Assembly: GCA_003511165.1 (NCBI GenBank)
Contig: DOJW01000008.1
Coordinates: forward strand, 106,010 to 170,009
From: Candidatus Babelota bacterium
Lineage (GTDB): Bacteria > Babelota > Babeliae > Babelales > UBA12411
Length of the DNA: 64,000 nucleotides
Direction of reading: 5' to 3'
Shown: piece by piece, positions 1-8,482 of the stretch
Position numbering within the stretch: position 1 is the stretch's first letter
Layout of the letters: each line of letters opens with the position of its first letter
Translations under genes and position numbers: made by a program
The notes under the pieces: generated by a model
What the model was told of the DNA's origin: nothing
The model's input: only the letters and a program-made list of their open reading frames with translations
Databases searched by the model: none

Positions 1-2
1 AC

Positions 3-206
3 TCGACAGAAGCTCTTCGAAAAATAGAAAAATTAAAAAACAAACAGTGCGCAATCGAAGAGGCAGAAAAGTTGGAACAACTAAAATTTCTGTACTATGG
101 ACTTAAGATTAAAGCACATACAACGGACCAAAACGTTTTTGGAATAGATTTACCAGAACATAAGTTAAAGGCTGAAGAGTTCGCAAATAATTTAATACAA
201 AAATAA
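3..206 (+). CDS. kdsB: 3-deoxy-manno-octulosonate cytidylyltransferase (CMP-KDO synthetase), C-terminal fragment; 5' part outside window
   Basis: Frame open from window edge to TAA 204-206. Translation ...AEKLEQLKFLYYGLKIKAHTTDQNVFGIDLPEHKLKAEEF parallels the KdsB C-terminus pattern LEQLR-L-YG-KI-V....GVDTPEDL. Confidence 0.6.
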   Translation, partial: STEALRKIEKLKNKQCAIEEAEKLEQLKFLYYGLKIKAHTTDQNVFGIDLPEHKLKAEEFANNLIQK

Positions 207-231
207 CTTACAAATTTTCGGGAAAATTTTT

Positions 232-1908
232 ATGAAACAGCTTTTAAAAATTACATTTTTATCATTATTTATATCAATTTTTTTTATAAACGTAGAATGT
301 ACTAATGGTGGTTTAGTCGATTTAAACAACAGCAAAATAGAAACATCTATCACTCGACTAGCCGGCCAACTAAAATTAGATGGACAACCAACCCAAAATG
401 CACTTGAAAAAGTAGAATTCACATTGCGCTTACTCGAAAAGTCTCAACAATCTTCCGATGCTTCACAATTTCAGCAAGAAATTTATTCCTCGTTACATCC
501 ATATTTAGCAAATTTAGCTCGCACCACAATGTTTAATGATGAGTACCAAAAGAATATAGATTTAATCGAAAAACTATTTAATACAGAATGTACAATCGAA
601 GAAACTGGAGAAATTAAAAAACCTTTTAGATTTCCACTAATTTATTCCCTACTTGCTTTAACAAAAATAACTTTAGAAAATCCAGAATCTTATGAACAAA
701 TAAATTTATTAAAAAATAAAATTTCTATTTTTTTTAAAAATGCTTACTATCGAAACAAAAAAAAACTACATGCAAATCATCCCCCAATTACACTTAATGA
801 TATTTATCACCTTATTAATATAATTTATGAACAATTACCAACAGATAATTCACCTTCTCTTCTCAATCCAACAAATTGGAACTGGAATTATGTAGCTTGT
901 GGTGTTGCTGCTGTTTGTACAATTGTTTTAACAGTTTTTATAGTAAGAACCTTAAATAAAGTAGATATTGCTTCCAATAATTTTAGCCATTCTTTAAAAA
1001 ATATTGATAGATCTCTTGGTAATCCAGAAAATCCTACATCGGGAACATTAGCAAAAGTTTCGAGCGACTTTAGTCTTTCTCTAGAAAAATTTAATAAAGC
1101 ATTAGGCGACAGTGAACATCCAGCAAGAAACACGCTTGCGCAAGCAATTGCAGATTTTTCACAATCACTGCGCAATGTTGATAGGTCACTTGGAGATCCA
1201 GAACATCCAACCTCAGGAACTTTGGCAAAAGCTTCTAGCGATTTTAGTAGTTCTTTAGAAAAACTAAACAAATCTTTAGGAGACAGTGAACATCCAGCAA
1301 GAAACACACTTGCTCAAGCAATTTTCGATTTTTCACAATCACTACACAATGTTGATAGATCACTTGGAGACCCAGAACGCCCTACTCGCAATACACTCGC
1401 ACTTTCTCTTGAAAAATTAGATGCAACTTTAGATACAGTTCAAAGAACTTTAGGTCAATCCGAAGCTCCAGATCAAACTCTGGCACAAAATCTTCAAGCT
1501 TGCCGTGAAACTATGCGACAGGTACAAGATGTTATTGGACATCCACAAGGACAAGGAAGAGGAACACTTGCAGATACCTTAGGAAGTGTTGCTGATTTTG
1601 CAGATCAAGGCGCAGCGAGAGCCGCAAGACCTTATTGGGCGCAAGATGTAAGGAGAAGGGGTAGCCAAAATCCTGATGGAGCATCAAGCTTAGCCCCAAA
1701 ACCTGCTCAACCAATTCCACCCACATCACCAAGTCCTACCGCAAGAGCATGTTCAAGTTCAAGTGACGGCTCTTCATCAGTGGGAAGTCACTCTGACGCA
1801 GAACCTCGTGGAAGTTTTCTTAGTCGGCTAGGAGGCCGTGTAGCAGATGTTTTAATGCCAACACCAGATTCTATTGAAGAAAAACCAAAGACCGAAAAAC
1901 GTGATTAA
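232..1908 (+). CDS. hypothetical signal-peptide/TM protein with internal 29/58-aa tandem repeats and a Pro/Ser/Gly/Arg-rich tail
   Basis: 558-aa ORF. Hydrophobic N-terminus (ITFLSLFISIFFINVEC), internal TM (VACGVAAVCTIVLTVFIV), repeats LG-x-x-E-x-P-x-x-x-TLA...DFSxSL. No family recognised. Confidence 0.7.
   Translation: MKQLLKITFLSLFISIFFINVECTNGGLVDLNNSKIETSITRLAGQLKLDGQPTQNALEKVEFTLRLLEKSQQSSDASQFQQEIYSSLHPYLANLARTTMFNDEYQKNIDLIEKLFNTECTIEETGEIKKPFRFPLIYSLLALTKITLENPESYEQINLLKNKISIFFKNAYYRNKKKLHANHPPITLNDIYHLINIIYEQLPTDNSPSLLNPTNWNWNYVACGVAAVCTIVLTVFIVRTLNKVDIASNNFSHSLKNIDRSLGNPENPTSGTLAKVSSDFSLSLEKFNKALGDSEHPARNTLAQAIADFSQSLRNVDRSLGDPEHPTSGTLAKASSDFSSSLEKLNKSLGDSEHPARNTLAQAIFDFSQSLHNVDRSLGDPERPTRNTLALSLEKLDATLDTVQRTLGQSEAPDQTLAQNLQACRETMRQVQDVIGHPQGQGRGTLADTLGSVADFADQGAARAARPYWAQDVRRRGSQNPDGASSLAPKPAQPIPPTSPSPTARACSSSSDGSSSVGSHSDAEPRGSFLSRLGGRVADVLMPTPDSIEEKPKTEKRD
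1000..1610 (+). repeat. in-frame coding tandem repeat, 174-nt period (units start 1000, 1174, 1348), each unit made of two 29-aa half repeats; decays after about 1350
   Basis: aat-(a/g)tt-gat-ag(a/g)-tc(t/a)-ctt-gg recurs at 1000, 1174 and 1348. Protein units NIDRSLGNPENPTSGTLAKVSSDFSLSLEKFNKALGDSEHPARNTLAQAIADFSQSLR and NVDRSLGDPEHPTSGTLAKASSDFSSSLEKLNKSLGDSEHPARNTLAQAIFDFSQSLH. Confidence 0.9.
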
Positions 1909-1927
1909 ATTAAAAGGAGAATAAAAT

Positions 1928-2566
1928 ATGAAAAAAGGATCATTAGAAGTAATTTGCGGATCAATGTTTTCTGGAAAAACAGAAGAGTTGATGCGCAGGC
2001 TTAGACGAGCAGAATTTGCAAAACAAAACATTTTAACTATAAAACATAAGATTGATGTACGAAAAAGTTACGAATGCATAGTTTCTCATAACGGAGCCAA
2101 AAGAGAAGCTTTTGCTTTCGACGGTACAGTGCAATGTCTTGAAAAAATATTAAAGCTTTCAGAAGGTCATGAAGTGGTTGGACTGGACGAAATACACTTT
2201 TTCATCCCACAGATAATAGAAACCATCAAAGCATTAGTCGACAACGGGAAAAGGGTCATTATCGCTGGATTAGACATCGACTTCCGTGGAGAACCATTTG
2301 CAATAACAGCTACACTCCTTGCAATCGCAGACGAAGTAACAAAACTAAAAGCAATTTGCGTCAAATGCGGAAAAGATGCAAAACACAATCAACGAATAAT
2401 CAATGGTAATCCTGCAAAATATGATGATCCTATAATTTTAGTTGGCGCTGAAGAATGTTACGAAGCTCGATGCCGCGACTGCTTTGAAATCGAAAAACCT
2501 GCTAAAGATTCCTCAATAAATATTTTCCCATCAAGCAAAACAAAAATAACAGAAAATGAAATCTAG
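1928..2566 (+). CDS. tdk: thymidine kinase
   Basis: P-loop MFSGKTEEL, VVGLDEIHFF, GLDIDFRGEPF, C-terminal zinc motif CVKCG...CRDCF. AAGGAG RBS upstream. Confidence 0.93.
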   Translation: MKKGSLEVICGSMFSGKTEELMRRLRRAEFAKQNILTIKHKIDVRKSYECIVSHNGAKREAFAFDGTVQCLEKILKLSEGHEVVGLDEIHFFIPQIIETIKALVDNGKRVIIAGLDIDFRGEPFAITATLLAIADEVTKLKAICVKCGKDAKHNQRIINGNPAKYDDPIILVGAEECYEARCRDCFEIEKPAKDSSINIFPSSKTKITENEI

Positions 2567-3908
2567 CAAATCACAGTTCAACTGCACAAATTGCGGCTAT
2601 GTAAGTATAAAATGGGCCGGTTGCTGTCCCGGATGCAATGAATGGAATAGCTTTGTAGAAAAAACAATAGAGCAAAAGCAAGAAGGTTTTAAAAGCAAAA
2701 TACACACCACATCAAAAGCAAATCTATATACCCTAAACACCATTCAAACAGTTAGGCAAGAGCGAATCGTAGCTGGAATAAAAGAGTGGGACCGCGTCCT
2801 CGGTGGCGGAATATTTCCTGGATCATTTTTGATTTTAACCGGCGACCCTGGAATAGGAAAATCTACTCTGCTTTTGCAAATCGCAAACAAAATAGCCGCA
2901 ACGCACAAAGTACTATATTTTTCTTCTGAAGAATCTCTTGAGCAGGTCAAAAACCGCGCAATGCGATTAAAATGTCACAATGAACATTTACTTTTTTCAG
3001 ATCAAGCATCAATGGAAAAAATCCTCACAACAGCGGTTGACGAAAAACCAGATCTTTTGATTCTCGATTCTATCCAAAACTGTTATTTCGAAAAATCAGA
3101 AACAATTCCAGGTACCATCGGACAACTTCGCGAATCTAGCTTTCACCTCATGAAACTTGCAAAAGAAAATAATATCGCTGTACTCGTCACAGGGCACATC
3201 ACAAAAGATGGATATATGGCCGGTCCAAAATTGCTCGAACACATGGTAGATGGATTATTTTATCTGCAAGGTGAAGATCGCTGGCAAACAAGAGTTTTGC
3301 GCGCGATGAAAAATCGTTTCGGCGCTATAAATGAAATTGGTTTTTTTGAAATGCAGGAACATGGACTTTCAGAAATCACAGACATAAATAAATATCTTTT
3401 AAATAATTCTACACCCGCAGCAGGAAGTGCTTTAATCACATGCATCGAAGGGACACGTCCATTGATTTTGGAATTACAATCACTTTGCGTTGCATCCAAA
3501 TTTGGAATTCCACAGCGAGTTGTTAGCGGAGTTGATCCCAAACAGATCGTACTTATTGCGGCAATACTCGAAAAATATTTGAAAATCAGACTTAGTGGTT
3601 ATGACATATTTTTCAAAGTTAGTAGCTCCTTTAAAATCAAGGAAGAAGGAAGCGATCTTGGAATAGCTCTTGCTCTGCTCTCCAGTTATTTCCAAAAACC
3701 ATTGCCGCAAAAATCAATCTCTATCGGCGAAATTAGTTTAACCGGACAAATAAAACCATGTACACAGCTTGAGCACCGCGTAAAAGAAGCAGAAAAATTT
3801 GGAATTGAAACCTTATTTTTGTCCGCACTACAAAAACCAAAAACAAGTTGCAATGTTGTATCGTTCAAACACATTTATGAACTGTTGAATTTGTTTCCAG
3901 AAGAATGA
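2556..3908 (+). CDS. radA: DNA repair protein RadA/Sms
   Basis: N-terminal zinc finger FNCTNCGYVSIKWAGCCPGCNEWNSF, Walker A GDPGIGKSTLLLQ, KNRFG motif, Lon-like C-terminal domain. Overlaps tdk by 11 nt. Confidence 0.93.
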   Translation: MKSSKSQFNCTNCGYVSIKWAGCCPGCNEWNSFVEKTIEQKQEGFKSKIHTTSKANLYTLNTIQTVRQERIVAGIKEWDRVLGGGIFPGSFLILTGDPGIGKSTLLLQIANKIAATHKVLYFSSEESLEQVKNRAMRLKCHNEHLLFSDQASMEKILTTAVDEKPDLLILDSIQNCYFEKSETIPGTIGQLRESSFHLMKLAKENNIAVLVTGHITKDGYMAGPKLLEHMVDGLFYLQGEDRWQTRVLRAMKNRFGAINEIGFFEMQEHGLSEITDINKYLLNNSTPAAGSALITCIEGTRPLILELQSLCVASKFGIPQRVVSGVDPKQIVLIAAILEKYLKIRLSGYDIFFKVSSSFKIKEEGSDLGIALALLSSYFQKPLPQKSISIGEISLTGQIKPCTQLEHRVKEAEKFGIETLFLSALQKPKTSCNVVSFKHIYELLNLFPEE

Positions 3909-3924
3909 AATTCTATCTAAAATT

Positions 3925-3965
3925 TTGAAATAAAAAAGAGGGAATTTTTACATTCCCTCTAAATT
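3925..3965 (-). terminator. rho-independent terminator for the ankyrin gene (stem AGAGGGAAT 3937-3945 / ATTCCCTCT 3952-3960, T-run on minus strand); copy 1 of a 41-bp repeated module
   Basis: Perfect 9-bp stem, 6-nt loop, flanked by aaaaaa (a T-run when read on the minus strand). The same 41 bp recurs at 6883-6924. Confidence 0.7.
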
Positions 3966-3992
3966 GTGAATTCGCTTATGGATGATTTACGA

Positions 3993-5090
3993 TCAAACGT
4001 GAAGTTTATTTAAAACTTTTCTTCTTATAATTTCTTCCCTTAGCAACTGAGCGCAATCTTCATGTCCCTCAGCAACCGCAATATAAAGAGGCATCATGCC
4101 GTCATCATCTTTTACTTCGATATTTGCCCCTACATTAATTAAAGTCTGAGCGCAATCTGCATGCCCACTTCCAACGGCAACATGAAGAGGCGTCATGCCA
4201 TTATTAGCTTTTACTTCGATATTTGCCCCTGCGTTAATTAATGCTTCAGCACCACCTACTTTACCAAAACAAACCGCAATAAGAAGCGGCGTTGCGCCGG
4301 TCTCATTTTTTGCATCAATATTTGCTCCAGCATTTATTAAAACCCTAACACAATCTGCATATCCCACAGCATAATGAAGCGGTGTCGAACCATCTAGATC
4401 TTTTGCTTCAATATTTGCCCCTGCATTAATTAACGACTCAACACAACCTGCCTGACCAGTTGTAACTGCAGCATGAAGAGGCGTTGCGCCTTTATCTGTT
4501 TTTGCTTCAATATTTGCCCCTGCACTAATTAATGCCGAAACCCAATCTGCACGACCTAGACAAACAGCGACATGAAGCAATGTCGCGCCGGTCTCAGTTT
4601 TTGCTTCAATATTTGCCCTCGCTTTAATTAATGCCTTAATACAACCTGTGTGACCTAGAACAGCAGCAAGTTGAAGCGGTGTCATGCCTTTATCTGTTTT
4701 TGCTTCAATATTTGCCCCTGCATTAATTAATGCCTGAGCACAATCTGCATAACCAAGAGAAACAGCGAGATGCAAGGGCGTTAAATCAGCCATAACAAGG
4801 TTCTGATTTGCAAGATGCCCCTGCAACAAAAAGTTAGGATTTACAATCCTAGCTTGTAGTAAAAAATTTAATCTTCTCGTATCATCCAATTTTATTGCTT
4901 TTTCAATCGAAAACTTTACAATTTCTCTAAGCTCGGCCAATCTTTCCTCACTATGAGCTGCTGCTTGCAACTCAAGATCAATGATTCGATCTTCTCTAAC
5001 CCCCAAAGATCCATCTCCCGCATTTAGCGTCATTCCCTCAAAAGCAATTAACGATAATGTAATAAACAACATTTTCTTAATAAAATTCAT
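3993..5090 (-). CDS. secreted ankyrin-repeat protein (about 8-9 ANK repeats), paralog of 8483..9268
   Basis: N-terminal signal MNFIKKMLFITLSLIAFEGMTLNAGDG. Repeated G-x-TPLH-x-A...LINAGANIEAK blocks with 99-nt periodicity. Ends ...NKLHV. Confidence 0.9.
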   Translation of the reverse strand: MNFIKKMLFITLSLIAFEGMTLNAGDGSLGVREDRIIDLELQAAAHSEERLAELREIVKFSIEKAIKLDDTRRLNFLLQARIVNPNFLLQGHLANQNLVMADLTPLHLAVSLGYADCAQALINAGANIEAKTDKGMTPLQLAAVLGHTGCIKALIKARANIEAKTETGATLLHVAVCLGRADWVSALISAGANIEAKTDKGATPLHAAVTTGQAGCVESLINAGANIEAKDLDGSTPLHYAVGYADCVRVLINAGANIDAKNETGATPLLIAVCFGKVGGAEALINAGANIEVKANNGMTPLHVAVGSGHADCAQTLINVGANIEVKDDDGMMPLYIAVAEGHEDCAQLLREEIIRRKVLNKLHV

Positions 5091-5136
5091 AATTTCTCCA
5101 ATATCTAATTATTAAGTTTAAAAATATACAAATTAA

Positions 5137-5165
5137 ACCCTATCAAATCTTGAAAATAATTACAA
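5137..5165 (-). promoter_or_regulatory. candidate sigma70-type promoter of ankyrin gene 1 (TTGTAA-N17-TAGGGT on minus strand)
   Basis: -35 at 5160-5165 and -10 at 5137-5142. The equivalent TTGCAA-N16-TAGGAT is conserved upstream of the paralog at 9322-9349. Confidence 0.3.
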
Positions 5166-5261
5166 ATGGGGTAATGTCGGCAGTGTGAAAACATTGATTT
5201 TCATAGTTTTTTATAAAATTCAAATCAAAAACATACAAAAAACTCAAATTTCGATGAATTA

Positions 5262-5377
5262 AAAAATTTGGAATTGAAACCTTATTTTTGTCCGCACTAC
5301 AAAAACCAAAAACAAGCTGCAATGTCATATCGTTCAAACACATTTATGAATTAATGAATCTATTTCCAGAAGAGTAA
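5262..5377 (+). pseudogene. orphan duplicate of the radA 3' end (last 37 codons plus stop)
   Basis: Manual alignment to 3793-3908 shows about 10 substitutions and no indels. Encodes KFGIETLFLSALQKPKTSCNVISFKHIYELMNLFPEE* versus radA ...NVVSFKHIYELLNLFPEE*. No upstream radA body. Confidence 0.85.
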
Positions 5378-5569
5378 AAAACTTGTAAATTCCAACTATT
5401 TTTAATCAAAAATCAAAACTCTGCATACTTTTCAAACTCGATCTGATAACATTTCTAAATATCGCTTTACGGATCGGAATTTGGATTTCCGATTTGTAAG
5501 CATAAATAAAGTTAAATTTAATTAATAATACAGGCTTTAATATTTGGATATTTGTTTGTACGCAGTGCC

Positions 5570-5595
5570 ATTGTCACCCTCGCATGGGCGACAAT
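5570..5595. repeat. isolated GC-rich hairpin element (ATTGTCACCC-tcgcat-GGGCGACAAT) in AT-rich spacer
   Basis: 10-bp stem with one mismatch. Its composition contrasts sharply with the surroundings. Similar in style to the GC-rich elements at 50462-50510, 51073-51106 and 51318-51351. Confidence 0.5.
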
Positions 5596-5710
5596 ACCGT
5601 ATCAATCATAGATAGAAATTTGTAACATGCTTTATTCAAAAATTAAAGCTAAAAATAATTAAATTTAACTCACACTAAAGTAAGTAAAACTATAAAATTT
5701 AGGAGATTTT

Positions 5711-6877
5711 ATGATATCAAGAGAATTAACTACAGAATTAAAAGCAACCGCAAAACAGTTTCCCGTCGTTGCCGTTTTAGGCCCAAGACAATCGGGTAAA
5801 ACAACGCTTGTAAAAAACACATTCAAAAAATACAACTATGTAACGCTTGAAGATTTAGATAAAAAACAAATGGCGGAAACAGATCCGCGCTCTTTTTTGG
5901 AATCAAATAAAAATGAGCACGGTCTAACCTTGGACGAAGTACAGCTTACCCCAAATCTTTTTTCGTATATCAAAACATATGTTGATTCACACAAAGGAGC
6001 TGGGCAATTTATACTAACCGGATCACAAAATTTTTTATTAAACGAAAAAATCTCGCAATCACTTGCAGGAAGAGTTGCAATTTTAACACTCTTACCTCTG
6101 TCATACACTGAACTAGAAAAAGCAAAGCTTCTAAGCAATAAAATTGATAAAACTCTTTATTTCGGGTTTTATCCAAGAATTTGGAACGAAAAAATCCCAC
6201 CACAAAAATGGTACAAAAACTATATTCAAACATACATCGAACGCGATGTAAGAAATTTAAGAAATGTTGAAAATTTAAGTTTGTTCCAACAATTCATAAA
6301 ACTATGCGCGGGTAGAATTGGACAAGTTTTAAACCTTGCATCACTAGGAAATGATTGTGGAATTACAGCAAATACAGCACGCTCATGGATTTCTCTTTTA
6401 GAAAGTAGTTATATAATCCACCTTTTACGTCCACATTATAAAAACTTCAGTAAAAGATTAATCAAAGCTCCAAAGCTTTATTTCTACGATGCAGGACTTG
6501 CTTGTTCTCTACTTGAAATAGAAAATGAAAAACAATTAGCCACGCATTACTTGCGCGGAAATCTATTCGAATCTTTTGTAATTTCAGAATTAATCAAAAA
6601 ACAGTATAACCAGGATAAAAGACCTAACGTCTACTTTTGGCGCGACAGCCTAGGACATGAAGTTGATTGCATAATTGAAAAAGGACAAGAACTAATTCCG
6701 CTTGAAATCAAAATCGGCAAAACAATAAATCCTAGTTTCTTTGACGGTTTACACTATTGGAATGAATTAGCAGGCGAAAAATCTCAAAATGGAGTTTTAA
6801 TTTATGGCGGTGATGAAAAAGTTAAACATCAGGGAATTAAAATTTTAGGATGGAAATTTTTGAAAAATATTTCTTGA
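5711..6877 (+). CDS. AAA-type ATPase with C-terminal DUF4143-like region (AAA_14/DUF4143 family ATP-binding protein)
   Basis: Walker A GPRQSGKTTL near the N-terminus, LDEVQ Walker B-like motif, and the length and layout typical of this family. AGGAG RBS. Confidence 0.75.
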   Translation: MISRELTTELKATAKQFPVVAVLGPRQSGKTTLVKNTFKKYNYVTLEDLDKKQMAETDPRSFLESNKNEHGLTLDEVQLTPNLFSYIKTYVDSHKGAGQFILTGSQNFLLNEKISQSLAGRVAILTLLPLSYTELEKAKLLSNKIDKTLYFGFYPRIWNEKIPPQKWYKNYIQTYIERDVRNLRNVENLSLFQQFIKLCAGRIGQVLNLASLGNDCGITANTARSWISLLESSYIIHLLRPHYKNFSKRLIKAPKLYFYDAGLACSLLEIENEKQLATHYLRGNLFESFVISELIKKQYNQDKRPNVYFWRDSLGHEVDCIIEKGQELIPLEIKIGKTINPSFFDGLHYWNELAGEKSQNGVLIYGGDEKVKHQGIKILGWKFLKNIS

Positions 6878-6882
6878 AATCT

Positions 6883-6924
6883 TTGAAATAAAAAAGAGGG
6901 AATTTTTACATTCCCTCTAAATTT
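6883..6924 (-). terminator. rho-independent terminator (stem 6895-6903 / 6910-6918); copy 2 of the 41-bp module seen at 3925-3965
   Basis: ttgaaataaaaaagagggaatttttacattccctctaaatt is identical to the copy after radA. It sits between convergent genes 5711..6877 (+) and 6956..8254 (-). Confidence 0.7.
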
Positions 6925-6955
6925 TTATGTAGTTATGAAATATCAACCAAAATTT

Positions 6956-8254
6956 TTATTCTCTTCCTGGAATATAAGTTGACCCTGGAAGATGAACTCC
7001 TTGACATGCCGCCAAAGTCCAATCAAATTGCGCATCTTCTTGATACTCTTGAATTTTATGTTCTTTATTCACAGATTGTTCTTGTTTTTTATCGTCTTTG
7101 TTCTCTGATTTTTTTTGATCAGGATTTTGTGATTTATTCACCATTTTCTCTGTGTTTTTAGGCTTTGAACCTACATGATTATCCTTACATATTTTTTCAT
7201 GTACAAAAACTGAATAATTCTCTTTTTTAGGTACAGATAACACATTAACTTGTGTAATATTAGAAGTCTTTTTTTGTGACGCAATACAATCTCGCAATTT
7301 TATTATCTCTTGCAATTCTCTTTCTTTTTTATATTCGTTAGACGATCTAATCAATTGAATGCATTTTTGAAGCTGCTGCAGATACCGCTCTGCTTTCAAA
7401 GAAGTCTGTTGGTCTGCTAATTGATTTGCAATAGCTTTTATATCTTCAAGGTTTATTCGTAAAGTAGATCTATAATTTCTATCTCCTCCCAAAAATTGTA
7501 ATGCGTTAAGCAAAGGAAAATCATCATAATTAAATTGAGAATCTTTGAGATAAAAATTCAAATCCATTACAACTTTTTTTGAAAAATCTTGCTCAACTTG
7601 CTTTAATGAATTCCTGTTTTGTTCAATCAATTTTTTGGTTTCTTCGATCTGCATGTCTCTTCTTTTAGCAGCTAATGCTTTTTGTAAATCATCTTCGTTT
7701 ATCGCGTTTAATTTAGATAGCAATAAATTGACTTTCCCTTTTAAAGTTGTAAATTCGTTCAATAATTCTGCTTTACGCTCAGAACTAAAACTTAACTCTG
7801 TTAACTCTTTTTGCAAATCATCAAAAACAGATAAATCTAAAGAATCTTTTAAAGACTTAAAGTCTTTAATTTTTGCCAAAGCGGTAACAATTTCATCAAA
7901 TGGCTTTAAATTCCTATCCTTACCAATAGCAGCTGCATAAATAGCTTCATAAACAGAAATTTTACTATCAAGGCTCCATTGAAACGCGGATCTTTTTCGT
8001 GCTTTAAGATGTTGACATGCTTGAATTTTATGTATCAACCAAGCCGAAATAATAATAACTTGCACCCCTCCAACAATAGCCATTTCTCTTGGATAATTTT
8101 TTACGATTTGCCTTAGCCACGCAGAAGGAATGATAGCTAGCGTTTTTGCACGTTCACTTATATTTTGTAAGCAATCGACACTTTTTATATTAGAATTTAC
8201 AAAGAATGCACTTATCCCTAAAACTAAAACAAGTGACTTAATTGCCTTATTCAT
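6956..8254 (-). CDS. hypothetical signal-peptide/TM coiled-coil protein with Lys/Glu/Gln-rich C-terminus
   Basis: 432-aa ORF. N-terminal MNKAIKSLVLVLGISAFFVNS, second hydrophobic segment MAIVGGVQVIIISAWLI, long heptad-like charged regions. No family recognised. Confidence 0.65.
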   Translation of the reverse strand: MNKAIKSLVLVLGISAFFVNSNIKSVDCLQNISERAKTLAIIPSAWLRQIVKNYPREMAIVGGVQVIIISAWLIHKIQACQHLKARKRSAFQWSLDSKISVYEAIYAAAIGKDRNLKPFDEIVTALAKIKDFKSLKDSLDLSVFDDLQKELTELSFSSERKAELLNEFTTLKGKVNLLLSKLNAINEDDLQKALAAKRRDMQIEETKKLIEQNRNSLKQVEQDFSKKVVMDLNFYLKDSQFNYDDFPLLNALQFLGGDRNYRSTLRINLEDIKAIANQLADQQTSLKAERYLQQLQKCIQLIRSSNEYKKERELQEIIKLRDCIASQKKTSNITQVNVLSVPKKENYSVFVHEKICKDNHVGSKPKNTEKMVNKSQNPDQKKSENKDDKKQEQSVNKEHKIQEYQEDAQFDWTLAACQGVHLPGSTYIPGRE

Positions 8255-8400
8255 AAAACCCCACTTAAATTAAATTTAACAACTAAAATGATTCAATTAA
8301 AATAATGCTGCCCTAAGGGCTTTATTAAGTCAAAATAAATTTTATGATATTTATAGAAAATGCGAATTTTATAATGTAAATTTATTTGTAATTTCAAATT

Positions 8401-8457
8401 GAAAACAAAACAAGGGTTATATTTTAAAGGCGTAAAAAATATCTTTAAATATAACCC
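8401..8457 (-). terminator. rho-independent terminator of ankyrin gene 2
   Basis: Stem GGGTTATATTT(T)AAAG 8414-8429 / CTTTAAATATAACCC 8443-8457, followed on the minus strand by ttgttttgttttc. Confidence 0.65.
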
Positions 8458-8482
8458 GTTTATTTATTTGAATAATTTACAA

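Noticed and set aside
888-1307. 139-aa minus-strand ORF inside 232..1908
   Set aside because: It is antisense to the tandem-repeat region. Its own repetitiveness mirrors the sense-strand repeats, and it has no RBS or independent signal.
1000-1610. Possible CRISPR-like periodic repeats
   Set aside because: The 174-nt period is in frame, there are no unique spacers between short repeats, and the region is fully coding. It is a protein tandem repeat. No CRISPR array was seen anywhere in the window.
5143-5343. 66-aa minus-strand ORF (MCLNDMTLQLVFGFCSADKNKVSIPNF...)
   Set aside because: Its N-terminal half is the antisense translation of the duplicated radA 3' end, and the same antisense ORF appears at 3686..3874 inside radA. 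It is an artefact of the duplication, not a gene.
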